A stretch of DNA of 64,000 nucleotides from Candidatus Flemingiibacterium sp. (GCA_045636265.1 JAZTXD010000078.1:66967-130966); one strand, 5' to 3'; shown: positions 26,933 to 36,800, numbered from the stretch's first letter. Notes: a model not told the origin generated them from the sequence alone. Translations and numbers: made by a program.

Positions 26933-28153
26933 TTAGTCCCATTTATATTCAGAAACTTTACTTGTAATTTTCGAGTTCTGCTTCTTTACATTAGAAATAG
27001 CATTGTCTACACTTTTTTCCTTGGTATCTTTACTCGAATAATACGTTGAATAAGCAACGGAAGGCCGCTTATTTATGTAGTTGTGATAGTCTTCGTATTT
27101 TTTATACAGCTCATTTAATGAAGAATATAATTTCTTATATTCTTCAGGTGCGTGCTTCAGTTCCAGCATAATTAATTCCAACGCACTCATATTTTGGTTT
27201 GCTATAGAAAGAGAATTTTCGAAAGCTTGCGCAGTATCAGCATCTACTACATAAGTATAGCCGTTTGCATACCGTGACCAATAATAATAGACCATATAAG
27301 AAGAACCGCTGTAAAGCCTGGACATAGCAGTTGAAATATCAGCATCATAAAGATCGGTATACAAAAGCGTGTTGTATACACAACCGCCAAGCACTTTATC
27401 AAGGTCATATCCTCGCGAAATCAGAGCATATGCAATCTGAGCATCCGATAAATAATCGTTTTTTATCTCTGCGATCTTGCTTTCGCTGTCCGAAAAGCCT
27501 TCAAGTGAAAGAAGAATCTCAATTGCATCAAAATGATTGTTGTTTTCGAACAGCTTAATTGCATCATCATATTTTTCTTGTTTTATGGCATTTTCGCAAT
27601 TTATGATTTGTTCTTCGCTGTCCTTAAAACCTCCTAATTCCTTGAATAAACTAATCGCACTTTCGTAGTCGCCGTTGGTGTACATTTCCTTTGCTTCTTG
27701 ATATTTAGCATTCGGAGCAAAATATAAGAACCAAGAAACAACAATACCGGCAATAACAGCACACACGATAATCGGCAACCATATAGTCAAAAACCTTTTT
27801 TTCTTTTTCTTGGCATTTGTAATATTGCGATTGAATTCTTCTATCGAGCGGTTTGCCTCATGTGTAACCGCAGTGTTGTTGCCGCAAGATGGACAGAACA
27901 AATCTCCGTCATTAAATATTGCTCCGCAGATTGTACATTTCTTTTCTGTCATTATCGCGTTTTGCTCAACGCCTGTTGCAGGTTCGCCTTCCAAGGTGTT
28001 ATGCTGTGAACAGTTTGGCGAAGAACAGCCTTTGTTTTCTTCCCAACAACCGCTGTGATGGGGAATGTTGCAAGCAGGGCAGACTTTTACATTATCTTCC
28101 TCTTTGATTTCCGTTTTGCAAAACGGACAAATTTTCCCAATGTAGTTTCCCAT
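26933..28153 (-). CDS. RING/PHD-type (C4HC3) zinc-finger + zinc-ribbon single-pass membrane protein with TPR-like repeats (E3-like, paralog 1)
   Basis: Same Cys/His spacing. CTICG-x10-CPSCG. One TM. Repeats ...GDYESAISLFKELGGFKDSEE... and ...HFDAIEILLSLEGFSDSES... Confidence 0.8.
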   Translation of the reverse strand: MGNYIGKICPFCKTEIKEEDNVKVCPACNIPHHSGCWEENKGCSSPNCSQHNTLEGEPATGVEQNAIMTEKKCTICGAIFNDGDLFCPSCGNNTAVTHEANRSIEEFNRNITNAKKKKKRFLTIWLPIIVCAVIAGIVVSWFLYFAPNAKYQEAKEMYTNGDYESAISLFKELGGFKDSEEQIINCENAIKQEKYDDAIKLFENNNHFDAIEILLSLEGFSDSESKIAEIKNDYLSDAQIAYALISRGYDLDKVLGGCVYNTLLYTDLYDADISTAMSRLYSGSSYMVYYYWSRYANGYTYVVDADTAQAFENSLSIANQNMSALELIMLELKHAPEEYKKLYSSLNELYKKYEDYHNYINKRPSVAYSTYYSSKDTKEKSVDNAISNVKKQNSKITSKVSEYKWD

Positions 28154-28224
28154 GGAAATCCTCCTAAAGACAAACTTGTTTTATTGCTTAAGTCGCCCTG
28201 CGACATTATAACAATAGGTAGTGA

Positions 28225-28914
28225 TTACTTTAAATCATGCGGCAGACACATATCACACGGTTCATACTCGCCGTTTTCAAGCTCTTCAATCGTCATCCGA
28301 CGAATATTGTTTTTTCCCTTTACAAAAATGCATTTTTCTTCGTGATACTTATTTCCGGCTGAAGTCAAATAGTATTCGCCATAATAGTGGTGTTCCTTTT
28401 GAATGGCGTTAAATACTGTTAAACCGATTGCAGATACTATAAGCAGAGCGACTACAATGCTGACAACCTTTCTATGGCTCTTGATAGTATTGAGAGCTTT
28501 ACGACCAATACCGTTGCTTAAAATATAATGGGTAAATTCGTTCGCTTCATATTCCTCAACAACATCTTTTCCTATAACGGGATAGGAGGAAAGATGTCCA
28601 CAGTATATGTGCCCCTCCTCGTGAGCCAACACCAAGCGTTTTTCATCATCAGAAAGGTCTTCGTGCAAAAAAACGAGTCGCCGTTGCTTATCAGCAAAGG
28701 TAAAGCCTTTTGATTTGTCTATAGCTTCTTCAATACCCAATGCTTCAATTAACGTGGTTACGTTTTCATCATTGAATATATGGTTATATTCAATGATGGT
28801 ATATCCTTGCAACTTGATGATTCGACATAAATCTTCAAGTGTCACCTCATTCAAGTTATATTCGATGAGAAACGCTCTCGCTTTTGCTTTAATGTCATTC
28901 TTCATTGATATCAT
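28225..28914 (-). CDS. ImmA/IrrE-family zinc metallopeptidase with TM segment and C-terminal Cys-rich tail
   Basis: HEXXH motif in LVLAHEEGHIYCGH, TM VVSIVVALLIVSAIGLTVF, tail KYHEEKC...PCDMC. Confidence 0.8.
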   Translation of the reverse strand: MISMKNDIKAKARAFLIEYNLNEVTLEDLCRIIKLQGYTIIEYNHIFNDENVTTLIEALGIEEAIDKSKGFTFADKQRRLVFLHEDLSDDEKRLVLAHEEGHIYCGHLSSYPVIGKDVVEEYEANEFTHYILSNGIGRKALNTIKSHRKVVSIVVALLIVSAIGLTVFNAIQKEHHYYGEYYLTSAGNKYHEEKCIFVKGKNNIRRMTIEELENGEYEPCDMCLPHDLK

Positions 28915-29452
28915 TTTTTTGGATAGACCTTAATGCTTTCATAGCTTCAACATCCTTGGAAGAAGGTATAGCATTCAACAAGCTGATTCCGCCAAAAGAT
29001 TTTACGACGGCTTCACTGGGGAGTTGTGTGCACCTCGCATACTCTACCATAATCATTGAATTGATTGCTTGTTTGGCTTTCTCATCCAGGTATTCAAGAA
29101 TATCCTCTGCTTGATTTCCCAAAATTGAGCTGAGACCGAAACTGGAATAGTCCATACCATCATTAAACCGAATAACTAACTCCTTGGGAAATAAGGAAAG
29201 CATACGCAGCATTTTATGTGTTTTTTGATTGTGATCAAAAAACAACACTAAAGAAAGATATGTGCTCCACGACATTCTTCTGACTTTACGTTCAATCGCA
29301 CTGTAAGTTTGGCGAGAAACGCCTATAAGATTTGCCAATTCTTCTTGTGATATTTCCGCGTGTGTTCTTAGTGCAGGCAAGTTTGGCGTAAGTGTTGCAA
29401 TAAACTCGTCCTTTTCTGCATCAGTCAGCAACCATTTTGATACAGATTCCAT
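28895..29452 (-). CDS. XRE-family HTH regulator (first gene of the Ubl operon)
   Basis: ISQEELANLIGVSRQTYSAIERKVRRMSWSTY. Confidence 0.8.
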   Translation of the reverse strand: MESVSKWLLTDAEKDEFIATLTPNLPALRTHAEISQEELANLIGVSRQTYSAIERKVRRMSWSTYLSLVLFFDHNQKTHKMLRMLSLFPKELVIRFNDGMDYSSFGLSSILGNQAEDILEYLDEKAKQAINSMIMVEYARCTQLPSEAVVKSFGGISLLNAIPSSKDVEAMKALRSIQKNDINEE

Positions 29453-29540
29453 CTAAAGACTCCCTTCCTCATAGTTTAGTTTATTGATTTTATAAAACAT
29501 TTAAATTGATAACAAAGTAAGATTCACAACTATATATATG

Positions 29541-29569
29541 ATTATACACCATGTTGTCAGATTTGTCAA
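29541..29569 (-). promoter_or_regulatory. perfect consensus sigma-A promoter TTGACA-17-TATAAT for the Ubl operon, with a TTGACAA-ATC-TGACAA direct half-site repeat over the -35
   Basis: The reverse strand reads TTGACAaatctgacaacatggtgTATAAT, ~90 nt upstream of the XRE start. Confidence 0.65.
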
Positions 29570-29689
29570 TATGCTATCAAAAAAAGAATAAAAATGTCGC
29601 AAAAACGTCGTAGATTTTACATTACAATCTGAATTGCCATCGTTTTTTATTTTAACCGTAACATCTTCTATCAACATACCTCTAAATTT

Positions 29690-30098
29690 TTACGCGGGGC
29701 AATTCCATATTTTTCTATAAAAAAAGTGAATCATTTTAGAATCGGGCGAATCAATGTACAATTTTAACTTAATGGTATTTGTAAAACGCCCAAAAGCGTA
29801 AAACACAAAATAGGATTTTAGTCCCACGATCTCGCCGCAGCGACAGCCGGTGAACAACACAACTTCGATCACAGCACGGATAGTGTAGCGTCTCACTTTC
29901 AAGCGCTGTGAGCGTCCGATGTCATCCTCGATATATTCGAGCTTGTACGCGGAGCGGAGCACAAGTCGTATACCGCTTGACTGTGCTTGCGGCGAGATTT
30001 CCTTCGCGTCCGTCAAATCTCTTTTTCGCGGTGGAGAGATACTGAATAAATTGCTGAATATGGGAGATACCGTTTGGTCTTAAAATAATGCTTGCCAT
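29690..30098 (-). pseudogene. tyrosine recombinase remnant (frameshifted and truncated)
   Basis: MASIILRPNG... then the SAM-like segment ...LAASTVKRY..., then in another frame ...VVLFTGCRCGEIVGLK. No catalytic C-terminal half. Confidence 0.65.
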
Positions 30099-30278
30099 AG
30101 ATTTCCCTCCTTGATGGCTAAGATTATGCACCTCAGAAATGAACGAATCGTTATTTCTTCCCAAGGGTAGAACCGATAGCCTCTACCATTTGCAGACTGC
30201 GACATTTGAAACCTATGTACTAAACTATGTACTGGCGTCTACCATCGGCAAATTCAGTGTAAGGAGCAAAACAAAAAA

Positions 30279-30298
30279 TCCGCACCTCAAAGTGCGGA
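30279..30298 (-). terminator. terminator after the serine recombinase gene
   Basis: TCCGCAC/GTGCGGA stem followed by a T-run on the reverse strand. Confidence 0.65.
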
Positions 30299-30303
30299 AA
30301 AAG

Positions 30304-31836
30304 TCAGTGAATACAAAGAAAAATCGGGAATCGTAAGATTCCCGATCCTGGTCTAACACCTTTAGTTATATCCGAACTTTTTAGATCTGAAAACAGAACT
30401 GTTTTTGCATCACGTTTGTAGTTGAATGTGAAAAGAAGACGGTCGTTATAAACGAATATGGCATTGACGAAGGTATCGATCAATCGTTTGCGCTGTTCCA
30501 ACACTGTTATGTCGTATTCGCGCATACGCTCGAACCAAAATCTCACTTGTTCCTCGGTAAGTAGTGGACGCTTCATCTTTTCTTTAATGATCTCTGTTTC
30601 AATGTTGCGGTGCTTTTCTTCAAGCGCATCCAATCGTTTCTTGGTCATAGGGGTAATGATACCTTGTTCAATGGCATTCAGCATATTGTTGATTGCCTTT
30701 TTCGCTTCGGCAAGCTCGTGTTCAAGATGGGGAATAACAGTGTTTTCTTTTTGCTGAAACTCCATAAACATATGAACAATATCGTCAATCAGGTTATCAT
30801 CGTGTAGTGCCTTTCTTATTTCCTCCACGACAATATCCTCGATCCAAGCCTTGCGTAGAGGTTTCATATGACAACCTGTATGTTTTTTTGCGCTGACACA
30901 CTTGTAATAATGATACACCTGCTTGGTTGCACTTGTGCCGGATTCTCCCACCATTAAGGACTTACATTCACCACAGAACAATTTTGTAGTGAGAATATAA
31001 TCGTCTTCTGCTTTGTGACGAGCGGGAGCTTTTTTGTTTTTAGCGATTTTCTCTTGAACTCGGTCAAACAAATCTTTTGGAACGATAGCAGGGATACCAT
31101 CGGGGACAACGATATCACGATAAATGTATTCGCCTATATAACGTCGATTTTTTAAAAGACTTGCCACGTTGTCTATACTGATACGACCGCCGCGCGTATT
31201 CTTGACTTCGTGCTGATTCAGTATAGCGGCAATCTCACTCATTGTCATACCTTCATCATAGTTTTGATATGCTTCTAAAACAAAAGGTGCGGTAAGCGGA
31301 TCGATATGATAATTTTGTTCCTTGTCGGTCGTATATCCGATAGGAAGTGTGCCGCCGTTATATTTGCATTTCAGCGCGTTCTCGGTGTGTCCGCGAATAA
31401 CCTTTTCGGATAGATCGGCAGAGTAGTATTCCGCCATACCTTCAAGTACGGATTCCAAAAGAATACCTTCAGAGCCTTCGGAGATAGATTCTGTCGCTGA
31501 CATAACCTTAACGCCATTGCGCTTTAGAACCGCTTTGTAGTTTGCGGAGTCGTAACGGTTACGTGCAAAACGGTCGAGTTTCCATACGATGGCTAAATCG
31601 AAGTTGCGCTTTGCGCTGTCCTTAATCATCTTTTGAAAATCGGGGCGTTTATCTGTCTTAGCAGAGAAGGCACGGTCAATATACTCACCAACTACCGAGA
31701 TATCATTCTTTCGCGCAAAGGCATAACACTCGCGAAGCTGACCTTCAATAGACTCTTCACGCTGATTTTCACTTGAATAACGCGCATATATCACGGCTCG
31801 CATAGAACTCTCGTTGTTTATTTTCTTCTTTGTCAT
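30304..31836 (-). CDS. large serine recombinase
   Basis: AVIYARYSSENQ catalytic-Ser motif, resolvase domain, recombinase domain, Cys-rich zinc ribbon CGEC...YYKC, C-terminal coiled coil. Confidence 0.9.
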   Translation of the reverse strand: MTKKKINNESSMRAVIYARYSSENQREESIEGQLRECYAFARKNDISVVGEYIDRAFSAKTDKRPDFQKMIKDSAKRNFDLAIVWKLDRFARNRYDSANYKAVLKRNGVKVMSATESISEGSEGILLESVLEGMAEYYSADLSEKVIRGHTENALKCKYNGGTLPIGYTTDKEQNYHIDPLTAPFVLEAYQNYDEGMTMSEIAAILNQHEVKNTRGGRISIDNVASLLKNRRYIGEYIYRDIVVPDGIPAIVPKDLFDRVQEKIAKNKKAPARHKAEDDYILTTKLFCGECKSLMVGESGTSATKQVYHYYKCVSAKKHTGCHMKPLRKAWIEDIVVEEIRKALHDDNLIDDIVHMFMEFQQKENTVIPHLEHELAEAKKAINNMLNAIEQGIITPMTKKRLDALEEKHRNIETEIIKEKMKRPLLTEEQVRFWFERMREYDITVLEQRKRLIDTFVNAIFVYNDRLLFTFNYKRDAKTVLFSDLKSSDITKGVRPGSGILRFPIFLCIH

Positions 31837-31901
31837 GATATCACATCCTTTCTGCCAAGAGTATAACAGATACTAAATTTTCTTGCAAATGTGCGAGATA
31901 A

Positions 31902-32774
31902 TTATGCCGAAAATTTTTCAGTAATTTGTTTTTTGATTCTCTCAATACGCTTTCTGATACCGCTTGCATTGGCATATCCGTAATCTTTTGCAAGCGCAGT
32001 ATAGGTCTCTCCATTGGCATGGCGCACCAAGAGCTCACGATCTTCGGGTGAAAGTAAAGCAAGACATTGTTCAAGATACACTTTGTCGATGACCTCGGAG
32101 GTAACGTCTGTTGCATCATCCAAAGGATATGGTGTATATTGACCGCTTGCATCTTTGGGCCCACCGCGCTCAATAGATACCTTTTCTACAAGCTGACCGC
32201 CGCTCATGTGCTCAATTTTGCGCTTAGCGTTTTGCAGAGAGTAATTGTTAGGCTTGCCATGATTGTAGTCCGAATAGTCGGGCAACTCTTTGAAAATCTC
32301 TGCGATCTGAGGAAGATTCATCAAATAAGCGTTTATATCCCACTCGCGTTTCAAAAGCTCATCAATATTATCCTCGGTATATCCCTTGTCTGCCATTGCT
32401 TTGATCAGCGCATCACGAACCTCGGGTGTGCCTTGGATAAGGGTAGTGTAATAAGTAACGGTATCGTAAAACGCTTTATAAAACAACATCAGCGGATTAT
32501 CTTCGCCCGAAAAGTGTGATGGCGGAAACGCCAAACTCAAATCGTGGCGCGTATCCATACTTGTCGCTTTAACCATCTGCACAAGATCCTTAAGATATTT
32601 TACCACCTCTGGCGGCATTTCTTTAAGAGGAAGGGAGACTGCGATATTAGATATGTCAAGCGCATCGTCTCTGTTTTTATCTACGACCTCCTGCACAGTT
32701 CCGTTACCAATCGTGTTTACAAGCGCAGTTACAAATTCATCCGCACTTTGTTGAATAGTTCTTTCTTCTGCCAA
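31902..32774 (-). CDS. hypothetical protein with C-terminal sigma-70 region-4-like HTH
   Basis: LLSPEDRELLVRHANGETYTALAKDYGYANASGIRKRIERI. Confidence 0.55.
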   Translation of the reverse strand: MAEERTIQQSADEFVTALVNTIGNGTVQEVVDKNRDDALDISNIAVSLPLKEMPPEVVKYLKDLVQMVKATSMDTRHDLSLAFPPSHFSGEDNPLMLFYKAFYDTVTYYTTLIQGTPEVRDALIKAMADKGYTEDNIDELLKREWDINAYLMNLPQIAEIFKELPDYSDYNHGKPNNYSLQNAKRKIEHMSGGQLVEKVSIERGGPKDASGQYTPYPLDDATDVTSEVIDKVYLEQCLALLSPEDRELLVRHANGETYTALAKDYGYANASGIRKRIERIKKQITEKFSA

Positions 32775-32779
32775 TAGTT

Positions 32780-33394
32780 TTACCTCCTGTTAATTCTTTT
32801 CAAAACGTGCTCTGCCACGCCTTGAATGATAATGTTATCGTAGATCTGATTTGGATAGCTCTCCTTATCTTCATTCTCTGCAATCAATATAACCTTGCGC
32901 TTGGAGCGATCATAGGATAGTGTTTTGAGAGTAGCCGAGTCATCGATCAATGCAACTACGATATCTCCCTCATTAGCGGTGTTCTGCTTACGGATCAACA
33001 CTAAGTCGCCGCTATCGATTCCTGCGTTAATCATAGAATGACCTTTTGCTCGAAGCCAAAAGTATTCGCCTTTGCCGATGAAATCGGTTGGAATCGGTAA
33101 AGAATCATCGTACTGCTCCTCTGCATAGATCGGAGAGCCGCAGGCGATATCACCGCTGATTGGTGCGTGGAACTTGCCTTGCAGTTCTTCAATGTAGGGT
33201 GTAATGATGTGTCGCCCGTCAAAATACAGTTTGTCCATTTCTGTCATACGGTGCAGATATTTGTGTACCGTTCCCACCGCCAAAGAGAGGCTTCGCGAGA
33301 TCTCCGCAATCGTCGGAGAGTAGCTGTTTTCGTTGTAATATTCGTCTACAAAGGCGATAATCCTCTGCATCGTTTCTTCGCTTAAATATCGCAT
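32780..33394 (-). CDS. LexA-like repressor (wHTH + S24 peptidase)
   Basis: N-terminal PTIAEISRSLSLAVGTVHKYL. Cleavage-region analog GDIACGSPI. GHSM (Ser) and ATLKTL (Lys). Confidence 0.8.
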   Translation of the reverse strand: MRYLSEETMQRIIAFVDEYYNENSYSPTIAEISRSLSLAVGTVHKYLHRMTEMDKLYFDGRHIITPYIEELQGKFHAPISGDIACGSPIYAEEQYDDSLPIPTDFIGKGEYFWLRAKGHSMINAGIDSGDLVLIRKQNTANEGDIVVALIDDSATLKTLSYDRSKRKVILIAENEDKESYPNQIYDNIIIQGVAEHVLKRINRR

Positions 33395-33436
33395 ATGTGT
33401 ACCTCAACGCATAAATGAAAATATATTCGCGATAGA

Positions 33437-33465
33437 ATTATAGCATACTTTTGAGAGTTTGTCAA
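33437..33465 (-). promoter_or_regulatory. perfect consensus promoter TTGACA-17-TATAAT for the LexA-like gene
   Basis: The reverse strand reads TTGACAaactctcaaaagtatgcTATAAT. Confidence 0.65.
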
Positions 33466-33596
33466 TAGGGCAGCGATATTTTTAGCATTGAGCTTTAGCA
33501 TTGAAAAATAGTGAAAATAGTGGACGCAATTTTCGCAATCGCAAACTTTCTGTTTGAAAGCGAAAACCAAAAATTCGACAATTTTATATATAACCC

Positions 33597-33625
33597 TTGA
33601 AATTTTTGCCTCATTATGTTATAAT
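33597..33625 (+). promoter_or_regulatory. promoter TTGAAA-17-TATAAT for the helicase/R-M operon
   Basis: Read directly from the sequence, 43 nt upstream of ATG 33668. Confidence 0.65.
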
Positions 33626-33667
33626 GTATACTGTATTATTATTTCATTTGTTTTTTAGGAGTGTAAT

Positions 33668-33880
33668 ATGGCTGCAAGTTATAAAAAACTCTGGAAATTG
33701 CTGATTGACCGTGATATGAAGAAGAAAGATCTTCGTGAACTGACTAAACTCAGCTCCTCAACCATTGCCAAAATGACAAAGAATGAACCCGTTAGTACCG
33801 ACGTCCTTATTAAAATCTGCTCGGTACTTAATTGTGATGTCGGAGATATTATGGAGATCGTTCCCGATAGTAAGGAGTGA
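33668..33880 (+). CDS. small XRE-family HTH protein (controller-like)
   Basis: LWKLLIDRDMKKKDLRELTKLSSSTIAKMTKNEPVSTDVLIKICSVLNCDVGDIMEIV. 4-nt overlap with the next gene. Confidence 0.8.
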   Translation: MAASYKKLWKLLIDRDMKKKDLRELTKLSSSTIAKMTKNEPVSTDVLIKICSVLNCDVGDIMEIVPDSKE

Positions 33881-36800
33881 TTATGGAGCTTTTAGATAAT
33901 GTAAATAAAACGCTCAAAGACGATTTGAGTGATACAATACGGGAAGGAAGTCGCGTGTCTATTGCTGCGGCGTGCTTCTCTATGTATGCTTTTCAAGAAC
34001 TGAAAAAGCAGCTTGAAGGTATTGACGAGTTAAGATTTATATTTACCTCTCCAACCTTTACCACCGAGAAAACGAAAAAGGAAAGCCGTGAATTCTACAT
34101 TCCAAGACTGAGCCGCGAGAAGAGCTTATATGGAACAGAGTTTGAGGTTCGTCTGCGCAATGAGCTTACGCAGAAAGCGATTGCCAAGGAATGTGCAGAA
34201 TGGATCAGGAGCAAGGTTGCGTTCAAGTCCAACATTACTGGCGAAATGCTGATGGGCTTTGCAAATGTCGATGAGACAAGCTATTCGCCCATCAATGGCT
34301 TTACAACGGTTGACCTCGGTTGTGAGCGCGGAAACAATATGTTCACTGCTATTATGAAGACCTCTGCTGTTGAAAATAGTCGTTATTACCTCAGTAAATT
34401 TGATGAGATTTGGAGTGACCCTTCTCGCCTTCAGGACGTAACAGAAGAGGTTATCGAGAGCATTTCTACGGCATACAACGAGAACTCTCCCGACTTCATT
34501 TACTTTGTAACGTTGTTCAATATTTTCAGCGAGTTTCTTGAGGATATTTCCGAGGACGTTCTTCCCAATGAAGCTACCGGATTCAAGGAAAGCAAGATTT
34601 GGAGCATGCTCTACAACTTCCAAAGAGATGCCGTTCTTGCAATCATCAATAAGCTTGAAAAATTCAACGGTTGTATTCTTGCGGACAGCGTAGGTCTCGG
34701 TAAAACATTTACCGCTCTGGCTGTTATCAAATACTACGAGAACAGAAACAAGTCCGTTCTTGTTCTTTGTCCCAAAAAGCTTTCAAACAACTGGAACACC
34801 TTCAAGGACAACTACCTTAATAACCCTATCGCATCGGATAGACTGCGCTACGACGTGCTTTATCACACCGACCTTTCGAGAACTCACGGAACGTCGAACG
34901 GTCTTGATCTTGACCGCTTGAATTGGGGCAACTACGACTTGGTGGTTATTGATGAATCGCACAACTTCCGCAACGGAGGAAAATCCGACATTGAAAATGA
35001 GAAAGAAAATCGTTACCTCAGACTGCTCAACAAGGTTATCCGTCAAGGAGTTAAGACTAAGGTTTTGATGCTCTCGGCAACTCCGGTTAATAACCGCTTC
35101 AACGATCTTAAAAACCAGCTTGCGCTTGCCTACGAGGGCAATTCCTCTCTAATTAACGGAAAGCTCAATACAAAGAACTCCATTGAAGAGATCTTCCGTC
35201 AGGCACAGCGAGCATTCAATGCTTGGAGCAAGCAGGAGCCTCAAAATAGAACAACCGAAAATCTTCTTAAGATGCTCGACTTTGATTTCTTTGAGGTTCT
35301 TGACTCGGTAACGATTGCACGTTCCAGAAAGCACATTGAAAAATACTACGATACAACCGACGTGGGCTCGTTCCCACAGCGCCTCAGACCGATATCGCTC
35401 TATCCTCCGCTCACCGACTTGGAGGGTGCTATAAACTACAACGAGATATTCGAGCAGCTTATGCTTCTGAATCTCGCAATCTACACTCCCTCTCACTACA
35501 TACTTGACAGCAAGAAAATCAAGTACGCTGAGCTCTATGACGATGAGAGAGTCAGCGTAGGATTTACACAGGCGAACCGTGAGCAAGGTATTCGCCGCTT
35601 GATGGCTATCAATTTGATGAAGCGTATGGAAAGCTCTGTGGCTTCCTTCAGACTCACACTCGGCAGAATTGATGACCTGATTAAAACCACTATTGAAACA
35701 ATTGACAACTTTAATAAGTACGCTGATACGCAGCTTAATCTTGAGGATATTTCTCACCTTACCGACTTTGACTTCGATGATCAGAACGCCGATGAGCTCT
35801 TCTCGTTTGGCAAAAAAGTTAAAATCAGTCTGGGAGATATGGACTATCTCTCATGGCGAAGAGATTTGAACAAGGATAAAGAAATCCTTGACTTGCTTAC
35901 CGTAATGGTGGCGGACATTACTCCCGAGCACGATAGTAAGCTTCAAGAGCTGTTTGACGTCCTCAAGAACAAGATTGAGAACCCCATCAATCCCGATAAC
36001 CGCAAGGTGATTATCTTCACTGCGTTCTCGGATACGGCAGAATATCTGTACGAGAACGTAAGCAAGTACATTCTCAAGAAATTCCGCTTGAATACGGCTA
36101 TGGTTACGGGCTCGGTTGAGGGACGCTCAACTGTACCGCGCCTGCGCTGTGATCTTAACAATGTTCTAACGTGCTTCTCACCCATATCCAAGGGTAAGGC
36201 GCTTTTGATGCCGAATGATAATACCGAGATTGACGTGCTCATCGCAACAGACTGTATCTCGGAAGGTCAGAACCTTCAGGACTGCGATTTCCTCATCAAC
36301 TACGATATTCACTGGAACCCCGTTCGTATTATTCAGCGATTCGGACGTATCGACCGTATTGGCAGTAAGAATGAGCGCATCCAGCTTGTGAACTTCTGGC
36401 CCGATGTTACTCTTGACGAATATATCGACCTCAAGGCGCGTGTTGAAACTCGTATGAAGATCGTTGACATGACGGCGACCGGTGATGACAACATCCTTGC
36501 TGAGGAAAAGGCAGAGCTTGAATACAGAAAAGCTCAGCTCAAGCGCTTGCAGGAAGAGGTTGTTGACATTGAGGAAATGTCCAGCGGTATTTCAATTATG
36601 GATCTCGGTCTTAATGAGTTCCGCCTTGACTTGCTTGAATACGTAAAGACAAATCCCGATCTTGATAAGACTCCGTTTGGACTTCATGCAGTAGCAGAAG
36701 CAAAAGAGGATTGTCCTCCCGGTGTCGTATTTATCTTAAAGAATCGCTCCAACAGCGTAAATATCGATAATCAGAACAGACTCCATCCGTTCTATATGGT

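Noticed and set aside
30159-30200. Possible fourth tRNA-Pro fragment at the left edge of module A (shares GCCTCTACCA with the tRNA).
   Set aside because: Only 10 nt match and the flanks do not align to the tRNA. It folds as an unrelated hairpin (GGTAGA...TCTACC). This is not an att copy.
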